This document shows, one piece after another, positions 1 through 10,007 of a stretch of 64,000 nucleotides of DNA (its first letter is position 1; each line of letters begins with the position of its first letter). This DNA is from Gammaproteobacteria bacterium (lineage in GTDB: Bacteria; Pseudomonadota; Gammaproteobacteria; Eutrophobiales; Eutrophobiaceae). The translations under genes and the position numbers were made by a program. The stretch covers positions 114,800 to 178,799 of the forward strand of contig CAXMWX010000012.1 in the NCBI GenBank assembly GCA_963422205.2. The letters are read 5' to 3'. The notes beneath the pieces are model-generated. The model saw only the letters and a list, made by a program, of their open reading frames with translations. It searched no databases and was not told the origin of the DNA.

Positions 1-1
1 C

Positions 2-754
2 CATTCAAAACGGTTTTTCTGGGATGCTGACGGCCAGCCGATCAACTACGACCCGGCTCATCGGCCACGACGGCAGGATTTTACCGGTTGGCAGATGGAG
101 AACGGGGCGTTTTATTTCACCCGTGCTAAGGTGCTGAAAACACACCGCTCTCGCCTGGGCGGGCGTATCGGTCTCTATGAGATGAGCGCCGAGAATGCCC
201 TTGAGGTTGACGAGCCGGTCGACTGGCGGCTGGCCGAACAGCTGTTATTACAGCACCAGCGGGCGGCCCCGGCCGAGACCATAGCGGTGCTGCTGGTGGA
301 TGTGGACGGCACCTTGACCGATGCGGGCATGTACTATGGCGCTGAGGGCGAGCGTTTAAAAAAATTCAACACCCGTGATGGTTACGGCCTGCTGCGGCTT
401 GCGGCCAGCGGCGTTAAGGTTGGCGTGATCACAGCCGAGGACAGCCCGGCGGTGGCAGCGCGCATGAGAAAACTCGGCATTACCCATTACTACCCCGGCA
501 TCAAGGACAAGCTGCCACTGGTGAAAAAACTCATCAGGGACTGGCGCCTTACCCCCGCCCGGCTGGCCTATATTGGCGATGATCTGAATGATCTGGACAG
601 CATCGCCCATGCCGGCCTGTCCGCCTGCCCGGCCGATGCCGTTGATGAGGTGCGGCAACAGGCAGCCTATGTCTGTGAACGGCCTGGCGGCGGCGGGGCG
701 GTGCGCGAGTTTTGCGAGCTGATTTTGCACCATAACCGCAAGCTGAAAAAATGA
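2..754 (+). CDS. Acylneuraminate cytidylyltransferase (NeuA-like) fused to KdsC/YrbI-type HAD phosphatase; 5' end outside window
   Basis: Frame is open from base 2 (PINYDPAHRPRRQDF...ENGAFY, NeuA-like C-terminus), then DVDGTLTD, KKFNTRDG, YIGDDLND, GGGGAVRE (KdsC motifs). Confidence 0.85.
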   Translation, partial: HSKRFFWDADGQPINYDPAHRPRRQDFTGWQMENGAFYFTRAKVLKTHRSRLGGRIGLYEMSAENALEVDEPVDWRLAEQLLLQHQRAAPAETIAVLLVDVDGTLTDAGMYYGAEGERLKKFNTRDGYGLLRLAASGVKVGVITAEDSPAVAARMRKLGITHYYPGIKDKLPLVKKLIRDWRLTPARLAYIGDDLNDLDSIAHAGLSACPADAVDEVRQQAAYVCERPGGGGAVREFCELILHHNRKLKK

Positions 755-2466
755 AGGCGCTCAGGGCGTTTTTGCTGGCCTATCCCAAGCGCAGCGTGAT
801 CGTGTTGCTCGCCTTTCTGGCGGCGGGCCTGGCCGAGGGCGTGAGTCTGGGCACCTTGCTGCCGCTGCTCTCCATCATCGGCGGCAATACGCCGCAGTCT
901 GAACTCAACATTCTCATCACGGCGAAGCTGGCGGCGCTCAATATTCAGCCCACCATCGTCGTGCTGCTGTGCATCATCATCGGTAGCATGTTTGCACGCA
1001 GCATCCTGTTGCTGCTGGCCAATCAGCAAATCGGCTACAGCGTTGCCGGGGTCGCCACCAGCCTGCGTCTGACATTGATCGAGGCGCTGCTGGCCAGCCG
1101 CTGGCAGTTCTACCTGCACCAGAGAACAGGCGCACTGGCCAATGCCATCGCCACCGAAGCCTACCGTGCCGCCATCGGCTTTCAGCACGGCACCCGGATC
1201 ATCGCCCTGAGTATTCAAGTCATCGTTTATGCCAGCGTGGCCCTGCTGATATCCTGGTGGGCAACCATCGCCTCGCTGCTCATCGGCCTGCTTCTCCTCC
1301 GTATACTGAACCGCCTGGTGCGGGCGGCCTGGCGCGCCGGGGCGGGGCAAACCCGCTTGCTAAAATCCCTGCTCAGCTACTTAACCGATATGCTGGGCTC
1401 GGTGAAACCCTTAAAGGCGATGGGCCGAGACAAGGTGGCCAATACCATTTTGCACGATCAAACCAAAGAGCTGGAAGGCGTGATCCGGCGAGAGGTTTTC
1501 AGCAAGGAATCACTGCGTGCCCTGCAAGAGTGCCTGCTCGCCTGCCTGGCTACCGCTGGCTTGTATCTGGCGGTGCTGTGGCAGTTAAGCCTGGCCTCGG
1601 TCATGGTGCTGGCCTTTTTGCTGGTCAGGTTACTGGGGCTGCTCAATCGGGTGCAAAAAGAGTTTCAACAACTGCGGGTGACGGAAACGGCCTACTGGTC
1701 GCTGCTGGCCACCACCCGGCAAGCCAGAGCAGCCGCCGAGCCGCCCATGGGCAGGCAGCAACCCGCCCTGCAAAAAGCCATTCGTCTGCACCAGATCCGG
1801 TTTGACTACGGCAGGGGCGCGGTCTTCAACGGGCTGGACCTGGACATCCCCGTCGGCGCATTCATCGCCATCAGCGGCCCGTCCGGGACGGGTAAAAGTA
1901 CGCTGCTGGATTTGCTCTGCGGACTGCTGCAACCGGATGCTGGCGAGGTGCTGATAGATGACGTTCCCATGCAGCAGCTGGACTTGCACGCCTGGCGGCG
2001 CATGATCGGCTATGTCTCACAGGACACAGTGCTGCTGCATGACAGCATTTTGCACAATATCACCATCGGCGAGGCCGGCTTAACCGAGGCCGATGCGATA
2101 CGTGCCATGCACCAGGCGGGCGTGTGGGAGTACGTCCAGAGCCTGCCCGAGGGCATGCATACCGTGGTTGGCGAGCGCGGCGGCCTGCTCTCCGGTGGCC
2201 AGCGACAACGCATCGCCATTGCCCGGGCGCTGGCGCATAACCCCCGGCTGCTGATCCTCGATGAACCGACTAGCGCGCTGGATCAGCAAAGCGAGCGGAT
2301 TATCTGCGATACCCTGCACAAACTCAGGCGCACGATTACCATCGTTGCCGTCTCTCACCAGCCGTTGCTCAATGCCGTGGCCGATGAGATCTATCAGCTA
2401 CGCCACGGCAGACTGGCAATCGTACCCGCCGCCACCGAGGCGGCAGATCTCCCCGGCCTGCCATGA
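751..2466 (+). CDS. ABC transporter, fused permease/ATP-binding (MsbA/PglK-like, glycan export)
   Basis: N-terminal TM helices; Walker A GPSGTGKS, LSGGQRQR signature, LILDEPTSALD. Confidence 0.9.
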   Translation: MKALRAFLLAYPKRSVIVLLAFLAAGLAEGVSLGTLLPLLSIIGGNTPQSELNILITAKLAALNIQPTIVVLLCIIIGSMFARSILLLLANQQIGYSVAGVATSLRLTLIEALLASRWQFYLHQRTGALANAIATEAYRAAIGFQHGTRIIALSIQVIVYASVALLISWWATIASLLIGLLLLRILNRLVRAAWRAGAGQTRLLKSLLSYLTDMLGSVKPLKAMGRDKVANTILHDQTKELEGVIRREVFSKESLRALQECLLACLATAGLYLAVLWQLSLASVMVLAFLLVRLLGLLNRVQKEFQQLRVTETAYWSLLATTRQARAAAEPPMGRQQPALQKAIRLHQIRFDYGRGAVFNGLDLDIPVGAFIAISGPSGTGKSTLLDLLCGLLQPDAGEVLIDDVPMQQLDLHAWRRMIGYVSQDTVLLHDSILHNITIGEAGLTEADAIRAMHQAGVWEYVQSLPEGMHTVVGERGGLLSGGQRQRIAIARALAHNPRLLILDEPTSALDQQSERIICDTLHKLRRTITIVAVSHQPLLNAVADEIYQLRHGRLAIVPAATEAADLPGLP

Positions 2467-3374
2467 ACCTGTACGCACAACTGATGCGGCTGGTTGAGCG
2501 CTGCTATAAGCCTGAACGGGACCCGGGGCGGGTTAAGCGCATCTATCATATATACGATGTGGATCGTGGCTACCAGCACTACCATCTACTCTGCCAGCAA
2601 CGCTTGAAGCGCCCAGTTGCTGATCAGCCGACCACGCCCCTGCATGAGCGGGGCTTTGCTTATCTTGATGTGATCACGCCGTCAGCGGCGGCGATCATCC
2701 GGGCGGTCTGTGCATCCGGGCCGCCTGCCCGAATCAAGAAAAACAGCAGGCCACTCAAGGGGTATCGGCTGACTGATCGGCAGTTGATTGAAGGCATTTT
2801 GAAACAAGTGTTCACGACCGCGCTTGATGAGCAACTGGTGAATTTTTTTCGCAGCGAGTATCTGGTACACTGGCTGACCTTTGCGGCGACCACACCAGCC
2901 GCCGCGCAAGACATCGTCTCCTTTCGCTGGCACTGTGACAAGGGGCCGAGCCAACACCTGAAACTGATCATCTATCTCAATGCCAGCGGTGAGCATGGCG
3001 GCAACACCGAGTTCATCACGCTGGCCGATACGCAGGATGTTGGCGCATGTGGCTATGTGTTTGGCTGGACCCGGCGGCGCACCAGCGAGGTCAGATATCT
3101 GGAACAACTCGCCGGCCACCCCATCAAGACGCACCGGCAAGCCATGGAAGCCGGTCAGGGCGTGTTGTTCCAGCCGGCCAATGTGCTGCACCGTGGCGTC
3201 AGCCCCAGCCGTGGCGAGCGCTATGCACTGACCCTGAACCTGCTGCCCAGCCCAGTACCCTGGCAAACCGCCCTTCACAGGGGCGCCCTGTCAGACCTCA
3301 CCAAAGAGGCGAACTGGCACAGTCATGCCGATGTGTTGTTGCAGACCCCGCACCTGCAAGCAGGGCAGTCATAA
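2463..3374 (+). CDS. Putative Fe(II)/2-oxoglutarate-dependent dioxygenase (PhyH-like)
   Basis: WHCD (HxD), LKLIIYLN, GGNTEF, distal LHRG and ERYAL pattern; ATGA overlap with the ABC gene. Confidence 0.6.
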   Translation: MNLYAQLMRLVERCYKPERDPGRVKRIYHIYDVDRGYQHYHLLCQQRLKRPVADQPTTPLHERGFAYLDVITPSAAAIIRAVCASGPPARIKKNSRPLKGYRLTDRQLIEGILKQVFTTALDEQLVNFFRSEYLVHWLTFAATTPAAAQDIVSFRWHCDKGPSQHLKLIIYLNASGEHGGNTEFITLADTQDVGACGYVFGWTRRRTSEVRYLEQLAGHPIKTHRQAMEAGQGVLFQPANVLHRGVSPSRGERYALTLNLLPSPVPWQTALHRGALSDLTKEANWHSHADVLLQTPHLQAGQS

Positions 3375-3383
3375 GCGATACGA

Positions 3384-4450
3384 ATGATGCGGATCTGTCA
3401 AATCATATTAACCCCTGGAAGAGAATTTGGCGGTGTTGAGCGCTATGCCGTTGATCTGACCAGGGCGCTGTGTGAACGGGGCCATGAGGTGCTGGCTGTC
3501 TCAGTGCGTGGCTCTGAGTGTAACGCCTTATTTCAAGCCACACCCAACTTGCAGCAGGCCCCGCTCTCCCCATGCCGGGTGTTCAGGATCAAGAAATGGT
3601 TTCCCTTTGTCGCCAGCAAAATACAGCGTATCCTCGCTGATTTTAAGCCCGATGTGGTGCAGGCACAGCAAACTCCGGCCGTCTACTATGGCGCTAAAGC
3701 AGCCAGAGAACTGAAGCTGCCGCTGATCGCACATATTCATAATGACTACGTTAAGCTCAAGTATTACCGCCACGCCGACAGGTTCATCCCGCCAACAGAT
3801 ACGATATCTCACTACCTGAGAAGCAATCATATTCCGGCGGAGAAAATCAGCCTGATCCGGAACTTCTCCGCCCTGGCCGCAGTGGAGCGCATCAAAGCAC
3901 GTCAAATTACGGGGGGGGGGTGAAAACCATCGTCAGTCTGGGGCGTTTCAGCCATGAGAAGGGGTTTGATGTGCTGTTGGCGGCATTAACGAAGATCAGC
4001 GATCAGACCATACAGCTTCATCTCGCCGGTGATGGCAAGGAGCGCGGGCGCATTAAGAAATCAGTCGCCGCATACCGGTTGGAAGACCGGGTGCGGCTCA
4101 TCGGCTGGCGGCATGAGGTGCGCGATTTTCTCATGCAGGGCGATCTGTTTGTGCTGCCCTCCCGCTATGAAGCCTTTGGCATTGTCCTGCTGGAGGCGAT
4201 GGCCTGTGGCATTCCCATCGTCACCACAGACTGTGACGGGCCGCTGGAGATCCTCGATGAGAGCTGCGCCTGGTTCTGCAAGGCGGGCAGTGCAGACTCC
4301 CTGGCCGCTGCCATAGCAGAGGCGCTGGCCGACCCGGTCGGCAGGCAGTTACGGGCCGAGAATGCCTTGCAGCGCTACCGGGACAGGTACACACTGGATC
4401 AGGCCGTGCTGAAATTCGAAGCACTGTATCAACAGCTGGCCGGGGCGTAG
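3384..4450 (+). pseudogene. GT4 glycosyltransferase split by a frameshift at a G10 tract (phase-variable or assembly error)
   Basis: 3384..3923 is the N-half (FGGVERY) and 3920..4450 the C-half (EAFGIVLLEAMACG); both are collinear with the intact paralog 6137..7192. Confidence 0.85.
3911..3920 (+). repeat. Poly-G (G10) tract at the GT4 domain junction
   Basis: attac-GGGGGGGGGG-tgaaaacc; G8 or G11 restores the frame. Confidence 0.95.
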
Positions 4451-4470
4451 AGGCCGCATATGAGTCCACC

Positions 4471-4787
4471 ACCTATTGCACATTTTATTGTACTTGATCA
4501 TGTACTGCACGGGGATTTGTCATCCTGGGGGATACAGGACGACGACATGGATGCAGGAGGTAGAGAATGTCAGGAACATACTCTCGAGGTAGAAAACGTC
4601 GGGAACAGGTTTTCGAGCGACTGTAAGAATCTGCCATGTCGTCCCCGTCATCCTGAGCGCAGCGAAGGATCTCTCCTATCTATCACGATAGATCCTTCGA
4701 TCGCTTCGCTCTCTCAGGATGACGCAGAGAGGCAGCATGGCGGAGTGATAGGGCATTCGTTTTCCCCCTCCATTAAGTGCAATAGGT
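4471..4787. mobile_element. MITE-like/REP-type composite palindromic element
   Basis: Terminal IR acctattgcac (4471-4481)/gtgcaataggt (4777-4787); inner IRs gacgacatgg/ccatgtcgtc and cgtcatcctgag...ctcaggatgacg (4646-4724). Confidence 0.65.
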
Positions 4788-4900
4788 TTCTGAACTTGTA
4801 CAGGCCGCATGAAAGCGTGCTGTGAAATAACAGGCGCGGTCGGGCTCGATACAGTGGGCGAAGGGGTGACTCACAGGGTGAAGGCCAAGAGTTAAGCATC

Positions 4901-6124
4901 ATGTACGACTTCCTTATCCTGACCACGGCCATTACCCGACCGGACCTGCACCAGCGCATCCTCCCGGCCACCCTGCAATTCATTGACGGCCTGGCGGTCA
5001 AGTGGCTCATCAACGTGGATGACATAGATAACGAGGCCTCCATCGCCGCCACCGTTGAGAATTTCAGCACGCTGTTTGCCGGGGCGGACAACATCGATGC
5101 CGAGTTCCTGTACGCCGAAGGGAAGAGCTGTTTTTTCTCCGCCGCCCGGCGGCTGGCGCGGCATGCCCATGAACTGCTGCCGCAATGCAGAACCGGCGTG
5201 CTGTGGCTGGAGGATGACTGGGAGCTGACGCCGAGGGCAGCACTGGCGCGGTGGCTCAATCAGTATCGAGTGAAATATCGCAAGGGCAAGTTTGGCAAGA
5301 CGCTGCTGCCCTGCCCCGGCAGCTTGAGAGCAAAACAGGCCATCATCGAGGCACGATGCGATAATCAGGCGGCCTGGTGGTATGTCTCACTGGTGCCCAA
5401 GGCCAAAGTATCATTCAACCCCGGTATATGGTCGAAGGCGCTGTTTGACAAGGGCATCTATCAACCACTGACATGTATAGAGAACGGACGCCTTAACGAC
5501 CCGGAGAATCACTGTTTCGACCCACAGAATGAGGCAGAGCAATACCAGAGGACATCCGTATTTGTCGATCCCCCGTTCCAGGATGTCGGTCAGCGCTGGC
5601 TGTCCTTGCGTGATCTGAAAAAATGGCAGAAAGACAGCGCCGAACTGACAACCCGGGGCCGGGCAACATACAGCAAAAGCATAAAGGCATCGGCAGCGAC
5701 ACAGCACGCCCTGACCGGGTGCTACCTGCTGCCGGATTTTGCCTTCAACTCGCCGCTGACATGGCTGGTAGCGACCGCATACCATAACGGCAGGCTGACA
5801 GCACGGCTGCCCGGCGTCCCATGGCTGTCGTTTGAGCTGATCGTTGCTGATGATCTGCATGCCGACATCTACCTTAATCGCATGCACGGCTGGTCGGAGA
5901 AATCCGGGTTTATGAGAACGACGGCGACACTGCGCTGGCAGTGTGATCCGGCTTCCGGTCGGCCTTCGAACGTGGCGATCCGATCCAAGCTGGGCAACGT
6001 TACCGCCAGCTACCGCAGGCGCTGGCCGCTATCTGCCCTATGGATCGTTCCCATGCAGAGTCTTGCTGGCCTGGGGCTGTATCTGTTTACCTTATACAAG
6101 CTGATGCAGGGGCTGAAATACTAG
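4901..6124 (+). CDS. Hypothetical protein with GT-A-like N-terminal domain and C-terminal TM segment
   Basis: LILTTAITRP start, WLINVD, VLWLEDDW (DxD-like); glycan-cluster context. Confidence 0.55.
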   Translation: MYDFLILTTAITRPDLHQRILPATLQFIDGLAVKWLINVDDIDNEASIAATVENFSTLFAGADNIDAEFLYAEGKSCFFSAARRLARHAHELLPQCRTGVLWLEDDWELTPRAALARWLNQYRVKYRKGKFGKTLLPCPGSLRAKQAIIEARCDNQAAWWYVSLVPKAKVSFNPGIWSKALFDKGIYQPLTCIENGRLNDPENHCFDPQNEAEQYQRTSVFVDPPFQDVGQRWLSLRDLKKWQKDSAELTTRGRATYSKSIKASAATQHALTGCYLLPDFAFNSPLTWLVATAYHNGRLTARLPGVPWLSFELIVADDLHADIYLNRMHGWSEKSGFMRTTATLRWQCDPASGRPSNVAIRSKLGNVTASYRRRWPLSALWIVPMQSLAGLGLYLFTLYKLMQGLKY

Positions 6125-6136
6125 GCGGCAGCGGGG

Positions 6137-7192
6137 ATGAGGATATGTCACATTGTCCTGACCCGCCGGGCGTTTGGCGGTGCTGAGCGCTATGCGGTTG
6201 ACCTGACCCGGGGGCTGGTTGAACGCGGCCATGAGGTACTGGCGATATACTCACGTGGCTCTGCCTGCGAGGCCCGGTTTGCGCCAATCCCGAACCTGCA
6301 CCAGTACGCCCTGTCCGTATCCCTGCTGGGTAAATGGGATCCTACGATCAGCGGCCAGCTACGCCGCCCCCTGACAGATTTCCAACCCGATGTGGTGCAG
6401 GGGCATCTGGCCCGCGGCGCCTCGATGGCCGGCAGGGCGATGAGGGAACTGGCCATCCCCCTCGTTGCACACACGCACACGTTTATCAAGCTGAAATACT
6501 ACCCCCATGTCGATCTGTTCATCCCGGCCACACAGGCACAATACGACTACCTAAGAGCCTGCCACATCCCGGCGGCGAAGATCTGCCTGATCCCGAACTT
6601 CTCCGCCTTTCAGGCGATAGCACAAGTCAGGCGGCGGCAGCGGGTGAGGATCATCGTCAGCCACGGTCGCCTGGTGCATAAAAAAGGCTTTGATCTGCTG
6701 CTGGCGGCATTCAGTCGCATCAACGATCACGATCTACAGCTATATCTCGCTGGTGATGGCAGCGAACGGGAGCGGCTTGGCCGGTTGGTCAGGCGTTATC
6801 AACTGCAAGAGCGGGTGCGGCTTATCGGCTGGCAGGAGAACATTCGCGATTTTCTCATGCAGGGCGATCTGTTCGTCCTGCCCTCCCGTGATGAGCCTTT
6901 CGGCATCGCCCTGCTGGAGGCCATGGCCTGCGGCATTCCAGTGGTTGCGACCGACTGCCACGGGCCGGTGGAGATAGTTGATGAGAGCTGTGCCTGGCTG
7001 TGTGCAGCAGGCAGTGCTGACGCCTTGACCGAGGCGATAGCAGAGGCGCTGGCCGACCCGGCTGGCCGGCAGTTACGGGCCGAGAATGCCTTGCAGCGCT
7101 ATAAAGCGCATTACACCCTGGACAAGGCCGTGCCGCAATTCGAAGCGGCGTACCAAAGGCTGGCGGCATCGGCCATCGCTGATGCTTCGTAA
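6137..7192 (+). CDS. Glycosyltransferase family 4
   Basis: FGGAERY, GRLVHKKGFDLL, EPFGIALLEAMACG. Confidence 0.92.
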   Translation: MRICHIVLTRRAFGGAERYAVDLTRGLVERGHEVLAIYSRGSACEARFAPIPNLHQYALSVSLLGKWDPTISGQLRRPLTDFQPDVVQGHLARGASMAGRAMRELAIPLVAHTHTFIKLKYYPHVDLFIPATQAQYDYLRACHIPAAKICLIPNFSAFQAIAQVRRRQRVRIIVSHGRLVHKKGFDLLLAAFSRINDHDLQLYLAGDGSERERLGRLVRRYQLQERVRLIGWQENIRDFLMQGDLFVLPSRDEPFGIALLEAMACGIPVVATDCHGPVEIVDESCAWLCAAGSADALTEAIAEALADPAGRQLRAENALQRYKAHYTLDKAVPQFEAAYQRLAASAIADAS

Positions 7193-7266
7193 CAGTTGCC
7201 GCTCCTGCCCGCCAGGCGGCAGGTTGAGCCTGCACCCATCATCCCGTACACTGTCGCCCGTATCGG

Positions 7267-7343
7267 CGGGGTGTAGCTCAGCCTGGTAGAGCGCTGCCTT
7301 CGGGAGGCAGAGGTCGTGAGTTCAAATCTCGCTACCCCGACCA
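7267..7343 (+). tRNA. tRNA-Pro (anticodon CGG)
   Basis: Acceptor stem cggggtg/taccccg, anticodon arm ctgcc-ttCGGga-ggcag, GTTCAAAT T-loop, encoded CCA end. Confidence 0.97.
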
Positions 7344-7464
7344 TGCTTGCAGTGGATTACGCATAACTTACAGTTGATTACCGATAAAATAAGCACGGGG
7401 CTGGTCACTTTTGCTATGCTACTCACTATGCTTAAACAAAAATAACACCACAGGATTTAGAACA

Positions 7465-9870
7465 ATGAAACACCTTACTCGAAAAAAATCGTTTATTTTA
7501 TACGTCTTGGTATACGTGTTGGCAGCGTTCAGTGTGCTGTTCGCAGGCGGGGTCAACACCGCCCTGGCGCAGCGATCGGCCCTCGTACTGGAGGAGGTCG
7601 TCGTGACCGCCCAAAGGCGTGAGGAGACGCTGTTGGAAGTGCCGTTGTCAATCACCGTATTCAGTGGCAAGTCGCTGGAAGAGGATGGCATCAGCAGCTT
7701 GCAGGACATCGGCAGCCAGACGCCGGGGCTGGTCTTCACCGCCTTTAGCGTTGGTCAACCGGAGATATCCATTCGCGGCATCTCCACCAAGGAGGACGGC
7801 GCCTCGGCGAACGATTCGACGGTGGTCTCTGTCGATGATGTCTACATCGCCGCACGCACCGCACAGGTGTTTGATATCTTTGATTTGGAGCGGGTGGAAG
7901 TGGTGCGCGGCCCGCAAGGCACCTTGTACGGCAAGAACTCCATCGGCGGCTCGATCAACTTCGTCACCTTAAAACCCTCGGATGAGAAGATCGCCCGCAT
8001 CGCCCAGACCTTCGGCAATCACACCCGGCTGGATACCGGGGCCTTGTTAAGCGGCCCCTTATCTGACCAACTGGCGGCCAAGATAGCCTTCAGCCGCCGT
8101 GATCACGATGGCTTTTTAAGGAATTTGTTAAACGGCGAGGAGCAGGGCGAGATGGAGACCTATGCCTGGCGCGCCCAGGCTCTCTGGACGCCAACGGCCG
8201 AGTGGGAATTGACAGCCACGCTGGATGGCGCCCATGATGATTTGGGGCAGTCCAATCGTGAGCCGATTGGCAGCCAGGGGCCCTTGCATGACTGCGGTTG
8301 TGCGGCCAACCCGGTGGCAGTCAACCAGGCATTGGGCGGTGCGGGCAGTGCCTTTGATACCCTGGCCGAGACCGAGGGCTTTACCAACCGGGAGGTATTC
8401 GGCGCCAGCCTCAAGAGCGCCTGGAATTTTGCTGACTGGGGATCGCTCATTGCCATTACCGCCTGGCGTACCAGCGACTTTGACTGGCTGGAGGATTCAG
8501 AAGGGCTGCCACCGACCGCAGCGCATGTTGATTTGCGTCCTGCCAGCCCGGCGGGCGGCCCGCCGCGTGATGTTGCCATCCTGACCGGCCCGGCCTCATC
8601 CGGCTTCTCGTTTGACGTGAACGATGCGGCAAGGGAGAAGACCGATCAATTCACGCAGGAGCTGCGGCTGATCTCCAGTGCCGATCAACCGCTGCGCTGG
8701 CTGGGTGGTTTTTTCTACAGCCATGAGGATATTGAACGCACTGAAACCTACAGCTTCACTGCGCTGGGTATCGGCCCGGAAAATGATCAGCAGCGCTCCG
8801 TGCAGGAAAACAAGACCAACAGCCTGGCCTTGTATGGGCAGGCACAATATGATGTGCTGGAACGGCTCACCGCCACCCTGGGGCTGCGTTATTCTTATGA
8901 GAAGAAAAAGGCCGGCATCGGTGCTGATAATCTCACCAATAACCCCAGCGCCATTTTACTGCGCGAAGCGCCTTTTCCCGACCCTGATAATGATGGTGTG
9001 CGCGATGGGCTGGTGCGGGCCGAGGCCAGTTTTAACAACGTATCGTGGCGCGTGGCGCTGGATTACGCCCTGCATGATGCGCTTATCCTGTTCACCAACA
9101 TCGCCACTGGCTTTAAGAGCGGCGGCTTCAGCGGTTCGGCCTCAACCGAAGAGCGCGCCACCACCCCTTTCCGGGAAGAGGAAGCCATCAGCTACGAGTT
9201 TGGCATGAAGTCACGCTGGCTGGATAATCGCCTGATGCTCAATATCAGCGGCTTTCTGGTGGATTATGATGACTTGCAGGTCACGCGCTTTTTCCAGCCC
9301 CAGGGCAATGCCTTCGGGGAATTCATCACCGAGAATGCGGGCAAGGCGAAGATCAACGGCATTGAGATTGATCTGGCCGCTGTCCCTGCCGAACATATTG
9401 AAATCGGCGGCAACTATGCCTACCTGGATGCAACTTTCAAGGACTTCACCGGCTCGCCTTCCGTGGCCGCTGACATGACAGTTATCGACCCGGGCACCTT
9501 CAACGGCAACCGCCTGCGTATCGCCCCCCGCCATGCGGCCAGCGGCTACATTCGGCTAAACCACCGCCTCGGCGATGGCAGCCCGCTTGATGGCAGCATC
9601 GATAGTAAATTCAAGATCCGCTATCAGGGTAAGCTGTTCTTTGACCCGGATAACAACCCCATCAACGTCAGCCCCGGCCATACCATCCTCGATGCCTGGG
9701 TGGCCTATACCACCGGTGATGGGGCATGGCAGATCAAGCTATGGATGAGGAACATCACGAACAAGGAATACATCACCCACGGCTTCACCCAGCGTGGCAG
9801 CCGCATCGCCTTTGGCCTGTATGGCGAGCCAAGGACCTATGGTGCTACGGTGACCTATAACTTCTTTTGA
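7465..9870 (+). CDS. TonB-dependent outer membrane receptor
   Basis: Signal peptide, LEEVVVTAQRREE TonB box region, VEVVRGPQGTLYGKN plug motif, C-terminal PRTYGATVTYNFF. Confidence 0.93.
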   Translation: MKHLTRKKSFILYVLVYVLAAFSVLFAGGVNTALAQRSALVLEEVVVTAQRREETLLEVPLSITVFSGKSLEEDGISSLQDIGSQTPGLVFTAFSVGQPEISIRGISTKEDGASANDSTVVSVDDVYIAARTAQVFDIFDLERVEVVRGPQGTLYGKNSIGGSINFVTLKPSDEKIARIAQTFGNHTRLDTGALLSGPLSDQLAAKIAFSRRDHDGFLRNLLNGEEQGEMETYAWRAQALWTPTAEWELTATLDGAHDDLGQSNREPIGSQGPLHDCGCAANPVAVNQALGGAGSAFDTLAETEGFTNREVFGASLKSAWNFADWGSLIAITAWRTSDFDWLEDSEGLPPTAAHVDLRPASPAGGPPRDVAILTGPASSGFSFDVNDAAREKTDQFTQELRLISSADQPLRWLGGFFYSHEDIERTETYSFTALGIGPENDQQRSVQENKTNSLALYGQAQYDVLERLTATLGLRYSYEKKKAGIGADNLTNNPSAILLREAPFPDPDNDGVRDGLVRAEASFNNVSWRVALDYALHDALILFTNIATGFKSGGFSGSASTEERATTPFREEEAISYEFGMKSRWLDNRLMLNISGFLVDYDDLQVTRFFQPQGNAFGEFITENAGKAKINGIEIDLAAVPAEHIEIGGNYAYLDATFKDFTGSPSVAADMTVIDPGTFNGNRLRIAPRHAASGYIRLNHRLGDGSPLDGSIDSKFKIRYQGKLFFDPDNNPINVSPGHTILDAWVAYTTGDGAWQIKLWMRNITNKEYITHGFTQRGSRIAFGLYGEPRTYGATVTYNFF

Positions 9871-10007
9871 TGTCTTTATTAAGGAATATGACCCCTTACA
9901 GCCAGATGCAAGCGAGACTCACCCATGGCAGCCCAAAATAGCGGTTGAAAATATTACCGAAAATTGACAAGAATATAGCCTCATCCACTACAGCCTAAGG
10001 ATCGCTT

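Noticed and set aside
4460-4825. 121-aa ORF
   Set aside because: Translation of the palindromic repeat element; no protein features
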